From NCBI GenBank assembly GCA_002269645.1, contig NIVC01004907.1, positions 1-31,833 of the forward strand: a stretch of 31,833 nt of DNA. The letters are read 5' to 3'. The position numbers and the translations under genes are program-made. This document shows, one piece after another, positions 29,221 to 31,833 of the stretch. Positions within the stretch are counted from its first letter, which is position 1; every line of letters starts with the position of its first letter. The stretch comes from Macrostomum lignano (Eukaryota). Below the pieces are notes generated by a model that did no database searches, was not told the DNA's origin, and was given only the letters and a program-made list of their open reading frames with translations.

Positions 29221-30107
29221 CCTAGAATTTCACGGACTCTGAGCTAGCCCATGCAGAATTAAAATCCGATCGGCTGGAATCCACACACAGCTAAAACAAA
29301 ATATCTGATAAAACCTTGCTTTTCGCTCCGTTCATTATCGTATCGTACTCTACTGCTCTGCTGTTGGAAAAGTTGGTATTGTTAGGCAATGATAGCCACG
29401 TGACACTTGACCGACAGATACTCCTACCAGTGATCGGTCGCAGATACGGTCTGCTTTACGGGGCCCATGCATGTGCGGGTGGGTGGGTGGGGCAAGCGAA
29501 GGACAGGAAACGCAGAATTTGCGCATTCCGAAGCAATTCTGCCCTGAGCTTTGGGGCCGATTGTAGAAAATCCAGGGCACTGGAGAGCTTCAAGTGTTAA
29601 TGTGAATCCAAAGTACCTGTTTACTAATACGCAAAATGCAGTGGACGGTGCCTGTTGTGCCATCGCCACCATTTCCTATGCTGCGCATGTGAACGCGCTC
29701 CGCACTTTTGGTCTGGTTACTTCACACGAGCTGTGACGACAGGCATTCACAATTCAAATTCCGTAAATAAGCCTTGAGGCCAGAACTTTCGGTAGTGATC
29801 ACAGTAATCGCAGAAATGCACAAGCCTCACCATGACCTCTATGACCTCTCTACGTGATCACATGCCATGCATGAATATGATCAGCTGTTTGCGAGTCTGC
29901 CGAATTGAAACTAGCTCTAACCTGACCCTATAACCCTATAGCCTCAACCTTAATAAAACTCCGTGTCTAAATCCAGATATTAAAATGTTTTGAAAAAATT
30001 ACAATTTCGTGGAAGCGAATGGTATAAAATTGGAAGAAAAAAATTAGGACCGTCAAGCCCCCTTGTCTTCCCGACAATTTTATTTGGGACACATTATTAG
30101 GCCCGCA

Positions 30108-30387
30108 TGACAAAGCGCGCATTTATAAACTGTTGTCAGTGTGACAAAGCGCGCATTCATAAACTGTTGTCAGTGTGACAAAGCGCGCATTTATAAACTG
30201 TTGTCAGTGTGACAAAGCGCGCATTTATAAACAGTTGTCAGTGTGACAAAGCGCATTTATAAACAGTTGTCAGTGTGACAAAGCGCGCATTTATAAACTG
30301 TTGTCAGTGTGACAAAGCGCATTTATAAACAGTTGTCAGTGTGACAAAGCGCGCATTTATAAACTGTTGTCAGTGTGACAAAGCGCA
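30108..30387. repeat. 34/32-bp minisatellite (TGACAAAGCGCGCATTTATAAACTGTTGTCAGTG, 8 copies plus a partial)
   Basis: Direct periodicity; each unit has inverted ends TGACAA/TTGTCA. Confidence 0.93.
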
Positions 30388-31050
30388 GCACATTTCCAAT
30401 ACATGAGTCCGGGCACAAGCGCTCATCTGAATGCCTGCCGCTTGAAGTTAGAATAATAAGACACACTACTGGCTTATTCAGCTCTTCCATCAAGTCGGTG
30501 CAGTTCTCTCGCTGGGTGGGTGCAGGCCTTCTCACAATAGGGTACGTCGAGCTTTCTACTTTCTGGCAGGCAAGGCAATGCCGAAGTGCGAGGCTGTTTG
30601 GTTTCACTTCTGCCAGATTGTCGTCAGCAGGTTGTAGACATTCCAGGAGAATCTCCACAATGAAGGTTGACACCATAGAGACTGTGGTGTGGTGTCAAAT
30701 GGGAGCTGGGAATAAACTATTACCCATTTGGATCCAAAAGAAGTAACCACGAAGCAAGCAAGCTTTGCCGTCAGAAGTCACCGATCTGTTTAGTCTATGG
30801 CCAAAACTTAATCTGTCGAGCTTAGAACCGCTCGCGCGCTTCATTTTTCTCCCATTTTCTCTCTCTCTCTCCCTCGGCCCACGATTACTACTTGATTCTC
30901 GCCCAGATCATCGCGCACAGACTGCCAGAGAGCTCTCTATCGGAGAGTCAGGAGAGAGGGGAGAGGTCGCAAATTAGCTCAGCTGCACTCGGCGACCAGG
31001 TCACCGGCACCAGGCGGCAGCTATTCATGCTGCTAGCGGCAGGCGGCTAG

Positions 31051-31788
31051 ATGACCGGAAAACTGACAGTCGACAACATCAACGTGAAATGCGTCCGAGC
31101 GTACTACGACAAGAACTCGAAGACTCTGATCGAGGAGACGGAGAACATGCTCTATTACCGTACGCAGACTTTCTATTGCAAGGTGAGCATCGAGATTCCC
31201 AGCTGCGTGGCCGACCGCGACTGGAGCATCGGCCTGGTGCAGGCCTGCAACTACATGGTGAGCATCGAGATTCCGAGCGCGTGCCGACCGCGACTGGAGC
31301 ATCGGCCTGGTGCAGGCCTGCAAACTACATGTACCTGGAGAATGTACGAGCAGCGGGAAGCTCCTACTGGGAGTTTTCACCCGTTGAAGGCGCCGGCGAC
31401 AGCTCATGAATGACTCCGACGGCCGCATGTATCCATTCTATTCCGTGACGCAGAGCGTGCACACCATCCGAGTGGGGCACCATTGGAAGACCAAACAAGG
31501 AGCTGCAGATCAAGGATACTTTCACCCCAGCGTGGTGTGGGAGCTGCCCTACTCTGGGCGGTCCGACTGACCGACATTCACCGGCAGCAGCAGTTCCTCA
31601 TCTGGCTGGTGGCCGTGCGGCACGGCCCGACGCGGGGTGCTCACCGAGGCACAGTCGCCAGCCGATGAGGTCCACGTGCTGAAGAAGATCCGCTGGGACT
31701 ACAATCTGCGAATGAAAGTGGACTCGCACCTGCCTGTGGGCGAGCGGTGCGTTGGTTCACTGTAGTTACCAGTCGGAGCCTCCGCAGG
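31051..31788 (+). pseudogene. FAM78: FAM78-family gene, first coding exon, disrupted by many 1-bp indels and a 75-bp duplication (pseudogene or sequencing error)
   Basis: Reading across frames gives TLIEETENMLYYRTQTFYCKVSIEIP...WSIGLVQACNYM, SSYWEF, MNDSDGRMYPFYS, FHPSVVWELP, LTDIHRQQQFLIWLVAV, LKKIRWDYNLRMKVD; probable donor CAG|GTGAGC near 31788. Confidence 0.8.
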
Positions 31789-31833
31789 TGAGCCGTCTGT
31801 TAATTTCGAAAATTGTTTGAATTAGAGACACTG

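Noticed and set aside
29316-30977. ORFs 29316..29600, 30323..30676, 30375..30746, 30765..30977 as genes
   Set aside because: Short, no homology I recognise, partly repeat-derived, and I could not join them into a spliced model.
31183-31331. Intron gain by tandem duplication (both copies begin with GTGAGC)
   Set aside because: Each copy ends in TG rather than AG, and no donor/acceptor pair I tested restores the original frame.

Overview
Eukaryotic (animal-type) genomic DNA with GC-rich exons, GT-AG introns and minisatellites that fill most introns (roughly a quarter of the window by my hand estimate). The style resembles repeat-rich free-living flatworm genomes, but that is only an inference. 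I spliced all gene models by hand and checked exon phases. From left to right: (1) the 3' half of succinyl-CoA:3-ketoacid CoA transferase (SCOT/OXCT1, +), with a structurally complete but RT-deleted Mag-type Ty3/gypsy LTR retrotransposon (1028-4675, -, ATTTA target-site duplication) in one intron; (2) two tandem SON-family genes on the - strand, a short divergent G-patch + dsRBD paralog (about 380 aa) and an RS + G-patch + dsRBD SON (about 735 aa), sharing four intron positions; (3) an AT-rich spacer with a hAT-type MITE; (4) an atypical Rab-like GTPase (+) with altered G3/G4 motifs and no C-terminal prenylation cysteines; (5) a 5-exon gene for an unrecognised 242-aa protein (-); (6) a roughly 1 kb minisatellite grown from a motif of the same MITE family; (7) a frameshift-ridden FAM78-family gene at the right edge. 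Most long ORFs in the supplied track are minisatellite artefacts. I found no prokaryote-type defence or CRISPR system. The best leads are the diverged SON paralog, the atypical Rab, repeat arrays built from splice-site-like units, and the MITE-born minisatellite.
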